From the NCBI RefSeq assembly GCF_002113885.1, contig NW_018408880.1, forward strand, positions 1,728,966-1,792,965: DNA of 64,000 bases, read 5' to 3'. This DNA is from Mizuhopecten yessoensis (lineage: Eukaryota). Positions 48,061 to 59,214 of this stretch are shown piece after piece. The position numbers and the translations under genes were made by a program. Each line of letters opens with the position of its first letter. The first letter of the stretch is position 1. Under the pieces are notes generated by a model that had not been told where the DNA came from, did no database searches, and saw only the letters and a program-made list of their open reading frames with translations.

Positions 48061-49784
48061 TCTAACGTAAAACGTTCGTTTGCCCGCAGACCTTGAAACC
48101 TTCCCACCCATCCCTGATATATATGTACATATGGAAGCTTTGGCCAGTGTCCAGCTGGCGATCATAATCACTGGTGTCCGGTTAACATATCCTATAGACC
48201 TATATATACATGTACGTTATGTCCACGTGGTCTGTACAAGATATGACGTATATCTGGCTATTTAGAATAATAAAATCATCATCTTAGTTTAAATAAAACG
48301 GCGTTTTATTCAATATTCAATCATATTTGTTTATATTCTATATACAAGTCTAGAACTTATATATGTCAATTCTTCTCCCAAAACATTTGATTAATTTGTT
48401 TTTGGGGAAGAGTTGGGGTTGGGTAGGCGTTCACATAAACATCAACAGTTCAACAGAAAATCTGCGCTCAATGATAAAACATTAAAAATATTACCCTCAC
48501 TTGTATAAGAGTTTCAGTTTCTTATTCAACTTATGATAGAGTTTGTTTTATTTTACACTGTTCAGTTAAATTGTAATGAGATTATTAATGAATACTAATA
48601 TTACCAGACCATGAAAATAGAGAGGAAATTGTCGCATAACAATGTTTGAGAGCATTATGATTTTCACAAAAATGAATAACCTTTTGTATTAATATGTTAT
48701 CGCTTCCTACCGACTCAGCTAAGGAGAACTCATCTCAGCTTTTTCTCTGTTAAAAGCTAAAGCTAACTGGTCCTCGGACACTTACTTATCAATAAAATGA
48801 TGGAGCGTAGCGGAGTTACCCGAGGTTTGCCGATTGAGTAAACCAGAGGTCCCGGGACCGACTTATAGAAAAAAAAATAGTTACCTCTGTGACAAAAAAA
48901 CTCGGCGATACTTTCAAAGGAATCGCTATGACCCCTGGAAAACTCGGGACGATTTCTTTCCTAGCTAGAGGGGAGTTTGTCACCCTTGTAAAATACTAGC
49001 TGTTTCCTACCGACCCACTTGGAGAGAATTTCTCTTTAGCTCTTTCGGTAGAAAGTAATTTGAACCAGTGGTTCAGGGCGGAGCCATTGATTTTTTTTAC
49101 CTGAAGTAAAGCTTCAGAATGGATTAAAGAGTACATAGTTTTAAAAAAAACCCACCTCTGCCGGAAAAAAACCACACCCATGATTTGGAGGGGCGTGGTT
49201 GATATATTGGAAGACCAAACATTCAACAAACCAATAATGGAGTTGATATGGTTAAAGAACATTAATAGAGGTATGGAGAGACCTAACTGGCGTCGTGATG
49301 GACTGAAATAAACCCGTCCTCGTCACTTCTGATACGATTTAAAAATGGTCGCCATCAAAATTGAAACTTGCGAGATGTGGCATTAAGGAAGACATTTCAT
49401 ATTTGTTGATGTTTTTCAAATATGTTTTTTTTTTCATCCCTGAAATATCCACAGTTTAGTTATTTGAATATTGTGTTAAAATTACAGTTTACTGTCCGAT
49501 TTACATGCACGTACATAAGAGTTATTTCCCTTTTTTTGTTTCGTTGCTGGTATATTTGAACATTAATTATAGCTAATGGCCACGAGAAAACTTTTTAGGC
49601 TTTGCAAGTCTTTGCTATTATTGAGCACGAGGAGCACTTCATCCAAAAGTTTACAGAGAAGAACCAGCTAAATCATTCTGAGTATCGAGGAATCCAAAAT
49701 GAATTTTCATGTGGTCCTACGAATCCACAGTCGACGTGTAATGGTGATCTAGGAATCCAGAGGACATGTATCCGAAACCAGAAA

Positions 49785-50720
49785 TCCTAGTAATCCGCAA
49801 TGAACCTTTTCCTGGACAAAGAAATCCAATGTGGACCTAGTAATCCGCAATGATCCTATTCCTGGACATAGAAATCCACTGTGGACCTAGTAATCCGCAA
49901 TGATCCTATTCCTGGACATAGAAATCCACTGTGGACCTAGTAATCCACAATGATCCTATCCCTGGACATAGAAATCCACTGTGGACCTAGTAATCCGCAA
50001 TTATCCTATTCCTGGACATAGAAATCCACTATGGACCTAGTAATCCGCAATGATCCTATTCCTGGACATAGAAATCCACTGTGGACCTAGTAATCCGCAA
50101 TGATCCTATTCCTGGACATAGAAATCCACTATGGACCTAGTTATCCGCAATGATCCTATTCCTGGACATAGAAATCCACTGTGGACCTAGTAATCGACAA
50201 TGATCCTATTTCTGGACCTAAAACTCAACAGTGGACCTAGGATCCTAGATCCACAATACACCTATTCTCTGGACCCAGAAATCCACTATGGACCTAGTAA
50301 TCCAAAATGCTCCTTTTCCTGGACATAGAAATCCACTGTGGACCTAGTAATCCGCAATGATCCTATTCCTGGACCTAAAAATCAACAGTGGACCTAGGAT
50401 CCTAGATCCACAATAAACCTATTCCCTGGACCCAGAAATCCACTGTGGACCTAGGGTCCTAGATCCACAATAAACCTTTTCCCTGGACCCAGAAATCCAC
50501 TGTGGACCTAGTTATCCGCAATGATCCTGTTCCTGGACCTAAAATCAACAGTGGACCTAGGATCCTTGATCCACAATAAAACTATTCCCTGGACCCAGAA
50601 ATCCACTTTGGATCTAGGCATTTTACCGAGACCCAGAAATCCCAGTAAGCCTAGAAATATGCAATAAACATTTTCCAAGGACTAAAACAAATCTACAGTG
50701 GACCCAGGAATCTATAATGA
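49785..50720 (+). repeat. 50-bp tandem repeat (GTGGACCTAGTAATCCGCAATGATCCTATTCCTGGACATAGAAATCCACT) grading into longer variant units
   Basis: GTGGACCTAG (or ATGGACCTAG) at 49831, 49881, 49931 ... 50231, an exact 50-bp period; later units gain GATCCTAG. Confidence 0.95.
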
Positions 50721-52944
50721 AACCATTCCTGATTATAAAACTCCAGGTAGATCTCGGGACCCGGGGGTATAGTTGGATCCACGACTTCGTACGTATCCAC
50801 AGAGGAACCATTTTTAGTCTGCCTTTGTAATTAAGATGATAATTTGTTTGAAACTTAATTCCTTTCTGTTTCTAGACCCCTGACCGACCTAATAGTAGCC
50901 CGAGTTTTCTGAATTATGGTTAAGACCCTTCCATCTGTAAAGAGGATTTGATTCTGCCATATCTGGATCTTGAAAAGAAGATTTTTTTAAAATGTTAGTC
51001 AATTTGACCCTTTTTGGCTCCGCCCTTCAGCCTCCTGGGGGCTTGGGACTATATACTTCTCAATTTAGCTATAGTAAAGTTTACACCCTCCCCAGGGGGA
51101 AACGTGACACCCCAGGGTTATGAAATTCACAATTTTGGTAAAGCACCTTCAGACCCTTCCATCTATGAAGAGTATTTGATTCTACCATATCTGGGTGTTG
51201 AGGAGAAGAGTTATGAAATCTCAGTCAATTCGACCCTTTCTGGCCCCATCCATCAACCCCTGGGGGTCAGTCTACAGGGCTAATATGTGCCTATCATGAA
51301 ACTGCTATCCAATACTGATAATGCTAACCAAGTTTAAATGAATTCCGATGAAAATTAACCAAATGCTGGTCCAAAATATGATAATAAGAGCTGGTTTAGA
51401 TAAATAAATAATTTATTTATGTGAGGTATGTGTTATGTCATAGTAGATTTTTGTTGTCAGCACCTCATAACTCTCCGAGACCAAACAGTGTCTGAGAATT
51501 CCACGTTTTAATAAAGTAGTGCGCTCTGGCCCACACCAGACATATATGTCAAAATGTCTAAGTCTGGTGTTAGGGCCAGAGAAAACTCGGGCTAGCCTAA
51601 CAGGTGACGTCACACAATTCCGCTGAATATGGTCTTTGTAACACAGGAACCCGAAACTAAAGGTTTGTTTGGTGACACATGGACCCGACATAATATATAT
51701 ATAGAGAGAGAGCCGACTGGGTACCCTATATATTCACATTGAAGCACGTACATGAATTTCTATTCAAACTCTACCTCAAATATGTTTCATGTTCATTTTA
51801 AGTTGCATGTAAATTTGGGATTTGAGTATATAGGTTGTGAGGTTATTTGGATATTAAGGGTACATTTACACGCTACCTAGATATGATTGATGCGAGGAAT
51901 TCCTCTTAAGCAGCCCTGTCCCACTGCAGATAAACCACTGATATTTCAAACTATAGTAATCCCCCCTTAATTTCGTTTTAGATATAACTGAAGCGAGACT
52001 GGATCAGGAAACTGCTGCTGATCACGTATGTGTAGATCAGTGAGTAAGAACGACAGTGCGAGTTCCGAAATATATGTGCGTCTCTTTTCAGAAAGGAATT
52101 TTAAAGCGGTTTCCATGCCACTTATAACTTTCAAAGTTATTGGCAGCGGTACAATAATCCTTCATTTAACTTTTTTTTTTTTTTTTTTATCAAAATTCGA
52201 TCATTTGTTAATTTATGTACTTTTCAAGTAGGGCATCGATTATGACGTCGGTAAATATAATTTCATTAACTCTTTTAGGAAAGAAATTATATGCGATATG
52301 TGACATTAATTAAGGTTGTATGTCTGTTCCTTCGCTCTGTGACTACATGTACCCGTGTCTGACATTGGACCATTTATATTAAGGCTGTATGTTACCTTAC
52401 TGTGGAATAAATCTCCCTTCAAAAAGAGTAACACAAAAAAGAGACAAGAAAATATCAACATGTTTGCGTTGATAAGTCTTCGGTTATTCTGAAATAGTCG
52501 ATCATACCAATTACATTTTTTCAATTAACGCAAAGTGCAGGGTTATTTTGATATAGTATAATATCATTGACAAATCTCAATAGAAACCGTGAAAATTGTT
52601 TTCGTTTATTCAAAAACGAGTTAACGTATAGAGAAAACACCTTCCTAACGGAATCTTAAATAAATAGGTACAGGAAACAAGTTTCGCGTTTCAAGCGAAG
52701 ACTAAATTAATATACAGTGCGAACTATCTCTGAAAATATCGTCCAGATTTTTTTAATTTTTTTTTTAAAGATTGCTCCTTGTTCTTGTTCAAGGGTTATA
52801 CTCTTCTTTTATAAACGAGCAGAAATGATATATCAGCTAGAAAATCTTGTTTATATATATCATATAATGCATAGTATAATGTTGATGATAGTCATATATG
52901 TAAATATAATAGAAATTTAAAGTATTGGTCAATCGTGTGTTTTA

Positions 52945-54708
52945 CTACTTTATGTTTTTCTGACTTTTAAACAATTTGGAAGGGAATTCCCATTCGAACA
53001 TTTTGTTGGTATTTTCACATGGCACGAGTTTGATGACATCCTTCTTCCCGGAACCAACGTCATTAGAAACTTGCGAGGCACATTTAGAACTTACACCGTC
53101 AGTATACACGAGTAACTTCCCTTTCAAGGCCCACTTTCCACTTTCAGCCGTGCACGGCGCCACAACTAAAAGATCCTTTTCGACTTTGATGCATTTCCCA
53201 ACCGTCATTAAACCACCATTTTCCAGCAAGGCGACACATCTGGCCTGATAGTAAAAGAAACAATCACACGAAACTAGTAAAGGGTATGTATTAAGAACAG
53301 CAGATTCTTCAGGCCCAAAACAATTCATGGAACCCGTGTTGCGCATGTGTCCAAAATATACAGTTCCTTCCGGTGGAACTTCTAGTTCCGGGTATACATT
53401 TTTCAGAAGCCAGTTGAAGTCTTTACATTTGTAATTCCTTTTGACTGTATCCATTATATCGAACCTTTCTGAAGACCCTGGCGGTTTGGCAAATCCATCG
53501 TTGAAAGAATAGAAGTATTTCCTGTAATCCCCAAGCCACATCTCTGCTGTTCGTCTATTGTTGTAAACAAGATCGGAGTAAGCCATTTTGAACGGGTGTC
53601 CTTTTTTGAAAATGTGGGCAACGTGAGAGCATGGCGCTATTTTCATACTTCCGCCACAAAGCCAAACTCTAATGGAGAGCTCAACATCTTCCCCGCCCCA
53701 TGTGCGCATGCCCGTGTCCAGTCCTCCGACATCAATAAAGTACTTCCGGTTTACTGCAAATGCACATCCTACAATGGCAGGGGTGTCGAATGCTTTAGTA
53801 GGTTGCGATTCAATTTTAGATTTTTGCATTGGTGGAACCGGAACAAATTCGAACGCCATACTCCATTTAAAATGACCCCGGATATTGTTCCGGAAGTAAC
53901 TTCTGTATTCAAAAGTTTGCGGGTCAACGATGTCAATGGACGGCTGGACGATTGCCGTGCGATTTTGACCTATTTCGTGCATTAGGGGTTCCAACCATCC
54001 AATGTTAACCTCAGTATGAGAATCAAGGAAAACCAACACGTCCCCTTTGGCCAGCTTGGCACCAACGACTCTAGATTTCATTGTTCCCAGTCTTTCATGT
54101 GCTCTGTGTACCCGTATGAAATCGTACTGTTCCACATACTTATCCAAGGGGGCTCCCAAATGTTCCAAATCACTCATATCGTCTATTATAATGATTTCGT
54201 GTATGAGCAATCGGGGCGAGTGCTTGAGAATGCCGTTTATAAGTCTCTCGAATGTGGACCATGGTTCGTTATGGAGTGGTATAACAATGGACGCCGTCGG
54301 AAGTAACTTGATAGCATAGTTTTCAAATGCGCACTCACGATGACGATAATCCGGTTTCTCACGATTCACTGAAATCTTGTGAGTTCTGTTGACGTTGATA
54401 TGGAAACGGCTTGGATCTGTATCCTTATATAAGGAAATGCCGAAATCTTTAATTATGGAGGAAAACCTGCGTGGATTGACAGGCTTTTTTTCTTTGTCGA
54501 TGTGCTTAATTTTACCAGGGACCACGTATTTCTGAGAAGTGAGATTTCTAAATGGCGCTTTGCTCAATACAAACTTATCACCGCGGAGCGGCGGTCGGAG
54601 TTCCTTGGCGGACCACGTCACCATGGTAGCCCAACAGATCACCAGTGCTAACAGGAGAAGGACTCCAATTGTTCTCGGGAAACATTTCCTCGGACGTGCT
54701 ACCAACAT
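52945..54708 (-). CDS. Polypeptide N-acetylgalactosaminyltransferase (GT27), type II membrane protein, intronless CDS, 587 aa
   Basis: Short basic tail and TM helix (IGVLLLLALVICWATMVTW). GT-A motifs ASIVIPLHNEPWS, EIIIIDD, FLDSHTE..GWLEPL, WGGEDVELSIRVWLCGG, PCSHVAHIF, NNRRTAEMWL and CKDFNWLLKNVYPEL. Degenerate ricin-type lectin C-terminus. Probable 5'UTR acceptor near 54766. Confidence 0.95.
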   Translation of the reverse strand: MLVARPRKCFPRTIGVLLLLALVICWATMVTWSAKELRPPLRGDKFVLSKAPFRNLTSQKYVVPGKIKHIDKEKKPVNPRRFSSIIKDFGISLYKDTDPSRFHINVNRTHKISVNREKPDYRHRECAFENYAIKLLPTASIVIPLHNEPWSTFERLINGILKHSPRLLIHEIIIIDDMSDLEHLGAPLDKYVEQYDFIRVHRAHERLGTMKSRVVGAKLAKGDVLVFLDSHTEVNIGWLEPLMHEIGQNRTAIVQPSIDIVDPQTFEYRSYFRNNIRGHFKWSMAFEFVPVPPMQKSKIESQPTKAFDTPAIVGCAFAVNRKYFIDVGGLDTGMRTWGGEDVELSIRVWLCGGSMKIAPCSHVAHIFKKGHPFKMAYSDLVYNNRRTAEMWLGDYRKYFYSFNDGFAKPPGSSERFDIMDTVKRNYKCKDFNWLLKNVYPELEVPPEGTVYFGHMRNTGSMNCFGPEESAVLNTYPLLVSCDCFFYYQARCVALLENGGLMTVGKCIKVEKDLLVVAPCTAESGKWALKGKLLVYTDGVSSKCASQVSNDVGSGKKDVIKLVPCENTNKMFEWEFPSKLFKSQKNIK

Positions 54709-55948
54709 AGTTGTTATCGTTGTTAACTCCTGTCGAACTGTGACACGGTGTCGCTGACTGGCATACTAAGTATGGAAGATCAAAACCGCAAACAGACAGA
54801 AAGGAATAAAGATATAAATACATTACGTGAAACCTCATTAAAGCGATCTCTGGTTATAAAAAAAACCCTTCAATGTCTGAAGGTTAATGAAGCAAATGAA
54901 TAAATTATCGCTGGCCAGTTATGTCGTGATGTCAAACTCAATATTTGACCCCCGAATGGTTTCCGATTGAGTTCACATTTACAATATAGCATGGTAATAC
55001 CGAGTTCTACGGATGATTAAATTGCGGTCGTCACCGGTCAAGACTAAAGGGTCAAAGTTCACTTTACCACTTTTGATGTAGATAGATGTGTTAAGAAATA
55101 AACTTGTGTGTCATATGTCCCCAAAAACCTATTCTGAAGGATGCATAATGGAATATGCAAGTAAACAATTTGGTTTTAAACCATCGTAAATATTTATGAT
55201 TTGCAATTTAATACTTCATCATAAAGCATGCACTCATTACGTAAACCTACCATTGAAATCTAAAAGACTGACATGGGTGCATGAGCTAGCATGTTACAAC
55301 TGATCTGACGGCAGGTTCGGGTTCGATTCCTGTCGCCATTTCTCTACACGTGAGGCGAGTACACGTACGTGGTTGAAAATGAGGCCAGTACGTGCTGCCG
55401 TACGCAATCACCTGTCAGTAATATATCGAACACGTGTATCTCGGGTAAGCTGACTTTCGAGTGCCCGTGCGTGTTATACAGTTGTTCTTTATAGGTGTTT
55501 TTCGCTACGCTCGAATACATAATTGAATAATATAAAAAAAAAAACAACATTTTATTGTTCATAAACTGTACACCATACAATCCATTATCATGTAAGTCAT
55601 TCTATTTTGTATTCAATAATTATACGCTTTTTTAAAATACACTTCAGTGACATCAGACCGTCGTTCTCCATACGTATATAATTGATATATATTGAGGCTG
55701 TTTTTGAAAGAAAAACCCACATTGAAATATACTTAACCGTGATTTCTTTTTAAATCATGAATCATATCGGCACACTATAACTGGTCAAGTCGGGAAGGGA
55801 ATACGCTTATTATTACAATACAGATCGATATGAAAAATAAACTTCTACAGTTGACAGTGAAAAATATGTTCATTAATACTTTAAATTTGAAAAGAATACA
55901 GTGAACTGTCTATCAGAAAATAAATATATTGTTTTTTTATACGATCAT

Positions 55949-56271
55949 CATCCTCGATACTCCGAGGGTTTCGCTCACATTCGCTCTTTGAACCCCTGGA
56001 ACACGTCAGAGCAAAATTGGAGGCTCAGTGTGGATGAGACAAGAAGACTAGTTCGATCTTTTGAGATACATAATTAATGGAAACAATCTCGCGGTCGCGT
56101 AGCGGTAAAAAATACTGACTTTGAAGTCAGGTGTCGCCCCTCTGTTATCTTCAAAGGACAGGAATCGGCCTAGCGATTTGTCATTTTTTTTACCTGAGAC
56201 CAATCAAACAGCTATTGTTGTGCCTTCAATTTCGCTATCACATATTCAGAGAGCGAAGTGAGAGTAACCCC
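55949..56271. mobile_element. MITE family D copy (reverse of 45265-45603)
   Basis: CATCCTCGATA...GATGAGACAAGAAGACTAGTTCGATC...GAGACCAATCAAACAGCTAT matches the reverse complement of 45265-45603. Confidence 0.8.
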
Positions 56272-56489
56272 TACACCTCACTCTACTCCGACATTGGTAT
56301 GAACTTAACGTTTACCCAGGAGATCGAATATCTATCAATATATCGTTTACAGTATATATCTGATTCTAATACCCTATACTCCATACCCTTTACCCTCTAT
56401 TCAATGATTAAATATAAACTTAATGGTATATTTTACAACAATTAGAAACCAAGTTATTTCAACTTATATAAAACGCTCTTGTTCGCCCA

Positions 56490-56600
56490 GATGTTATCAC
56501 GCGCAGGTCTTACTGTGGGAGGAAACTGGAGTACCCGGAGAAAAACCCAAGAGTTTGGACAGGTGACCCCCTACCTTTTCACGTCCGATCAGGGAATACA
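56490..56600 (-). mobile_element. SINE fragment (V-domain-like)
   Basis: GGGAGGAAACTGGAGTACCCGGAGAAAACCC is the antisense of the GGGTTTTCTCCGGGTACTCC.GTTTCCTCCC core seen in metazoan SINEs. Confidence 0.55.
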
Positions 56601-57990
56601 CCTCTACTCTTTACCCTCCACTCTGTACCGTCTACCCCCACCCCCTACCTTATACCCTTTACTCCCTACCCTGTATTCCCTGCCTTTTATCCTTATCCAT
56701 GTACCGTGTACCCTCTACATGTAAGTCCTACCCTGTACCATGTACCACAAACCCTTTACTTCATATACTGTACCCATTGTACTTTAGCCTCTACATTCCA
56801 CCATGCACCCTGTACCATATACCCCTACTCTTTGTCCTGTCCTCTCCACCCTGTACCCTTCATCCTGTACCATGTACCCCTACTCTTTACCATGTACTCT
56901 CCACCCTGTACCATTCATCCTGTACCATGTACCCCTATTTACCCTCTATTCTCTACCCTGTACGTTGTACTCCATGTCATTTACCCTCTGATTTTTACTA
57001 TGTTTCATCTACCCTCTACTTCCTACCCTATAATTTGGTCCATGTAAAATGTCCCCCTACCTTTTACCCTCTATTCCTTACCCTGTATATTGTACCCCCT
57101 GTCCCTTACCCTGTATATTGTCCCCCCTGTCCTACCCTGTATATTGTACCCCCTGTTCCTTACCCTGTATATTGTACCCCCTGTCCCTTCCACTGTACCT
57201 TGTACCCCCTGTCCCTTTCCCTGTATATTGTACCCCCTGTCCCTTACCCTATATATTGTACCCCCTGTCCCTTACCCTGTACCTTGTACCCCCTGTCCCC
57301 TACCCTGTATATTGTACCCCCTGCCCCTTACCCTGTATATTGTACCCCCTGTCCCTTCCCCTATATATTGTACCCCCTGTCCCTTACCCTGTACCTTGTA
57401 CCCCCTGTCCCTTACCCTGTATATTGTCCCCCCTGTCCTACCCTGTATATTGTACCCCCTGTCCCTTACCCTGTATATTGTACCCCCTGTCCTACCCTGT
57501 ATATTGTACCCCCTGTCCCTTACCCTTTAAGGTTTACTACTGTATGTTTCCTGTACCTTCTACTTGTACCATGTACTCTGTACCTTGGACCCTGAACCAT
57601 GTCCATTGTTTCTCCTTCCTTTTACCCTCTACTATCCAGCTTGTACTCTGTACCTTGGACCATGTACCCTGTACCTTGTTCCTCCTTCCTTTTACCCTCT
57701 ACTATCCAGCTTGTACTCTGTACCTTGGACCCTGTACCTTTTACCCCCTATCCTATACCATATACCCTGTACCTTTACTTCAAAATCTGTGCCCTGTATC
57801 ATATACCGCCTGTAATTTAACCTTTACTTTCCATCCTGTTCCGTGTGTCCTCTTCTTCCTACCCTGTACATGTACCATGTACCCCTACCCTTTCTCTCTA
57901 CTCCGTATTATGTCCACTAGAGACTACCCGATACCCCTTTGCTTCACGCTCTATACTATAAACCCTGTACTTTCTACCCATTACCCGCCA
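56600..57990 (+). repeat. Pyrimidine-rich TACCCTGTA satellite, including a homogeneous 28-bp sub-array (~57070-57525)
   Basis: CTTACCCTGTATATTGTACCCCCTGTCC repeated; degenerate flanks. Confidence 0.9.
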
Positions 57991-58257
57991 CCTGGTGTTG
58001 GGAATTGTTTTAAAATTCATGATTAATCATTTCTATTTCTGAAACAATTGATTATTAATCATTGATCGTTCATAAAATGAAGGAAAAAATAAATGGTGAA
58101 ACATTAACTAAAATGGATTAAAAGTGGCGGATTCTTTTTAAATATACACGTATAGTTATACACTGAAATGCTGCTGAAATGCAGTTTAAAGCAAAATCGC
58201 GAGTACAATTGTGACAGTAGAGGGAACATTGTACAGAAAAGAGGACTGAGAGTAAAC

Positions 58258-59186
58258 AATCGGGCTGTAGAGGGTAAATGATCGGGCTGTAGAGGGTAAG
58301 TGATCGGACTGTAGAGGGTAAGTGATCGGACTGTAGAGGGTAAGTGATCGGGCTGTAGAGGGTAAGTGATCGGGCTGTAGAGGGTAAGTGATCTGGCTGT
58401 AGAGGGTAAGTGATCGGGCTGTAGAGGGGAAGTGATCGGGCTGTAGAGGGTAAGTGATCGGACTGTAGAGGGGAAGTGATCGGGCTGTAGAGGGTAAGTG
58501 ATCGGGCTGTAGAGGGGAAGTGATCGGGCTGTAGAGGGTAAGTGATCGGACTGTAGAGTGTAAGTGATCGGACTGTAGAGGGTAAGTGATCGGGCTGTAG
58601 AGGGGAAGTGATCGGGCTGTAGAGGGTAAGTGATCGGACTGTAGAGGGTAAGTGATCGGACTGTAGAGGGGAAGTGATCGGGCTGTAGAGGGTAAGTGAT
58701 CGGACTGTAGAGGGGAAGTGATCGGGCTGTAGAGGGTAAGTGATCGGACTGTAGAGTGTAAGTGATCGGACTGTAGAGGGTAAGTGATCGGGCTGTAGAG
58801 GGGAAGTGATCGGGCTGTAGAGGGTAAGTGATCGGGCTGTAGAGGGTAAGTGATCGGGCTGTAGAGGGTAAATGATCGGGCTGTAGAGTGTAAATGATCG
58901 GGCTGTAGAGGGTAAATGATCGGACTGTAGAGAGTAAATGATCGGGCTGTAGAGGGTAAATGATTGGGCTGTAGAGGATAAATAATCGGGCTGTAGAGGG
59001 GAAATGATCGGGCTGAAGAGGGTAAATGATCGGGCTGTAGAGGATAAATAATCGGGCTGTAGAGGGGAAATGATCGGGCTGAAGAGGGTAAATGATCGGG
59101 CTGTAGAGGATAAATGATCGGGCTGTAGAGGGTAAATGATCGGGCTGTAGAGGGTAAATGATCGGACTGTAGAGGATAAATGATCG
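58258..59186 (+). repeat. 22-bp minisatellite (TGATCGGGCTGTAGAGGGTAAG) x~42
   Basis: TGATC at 58301, 58323 and onward; highly homogeneous. Confidence 0.97.
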
Positions 59187-59214
59187 GTATACTTGACGGT
59201 AGATTGTAGATGTA

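Noticed and set aside
47247-48107. His/Thr-rich and Val/Cys-rich ORFs
   Set aside because: CA/TG low-complexity sequence.
48700-49330. Locally GC-richer segment with short open frames
   Set aside because: No recognisable domain or exon boundaries; possibly a decayed repeat, but unsupported.
49785-50720. CRISPR-like regular array
   Set aside because: Units are contiguous with no unique spacers, there are no cas genes, and the context is eukaryotic.
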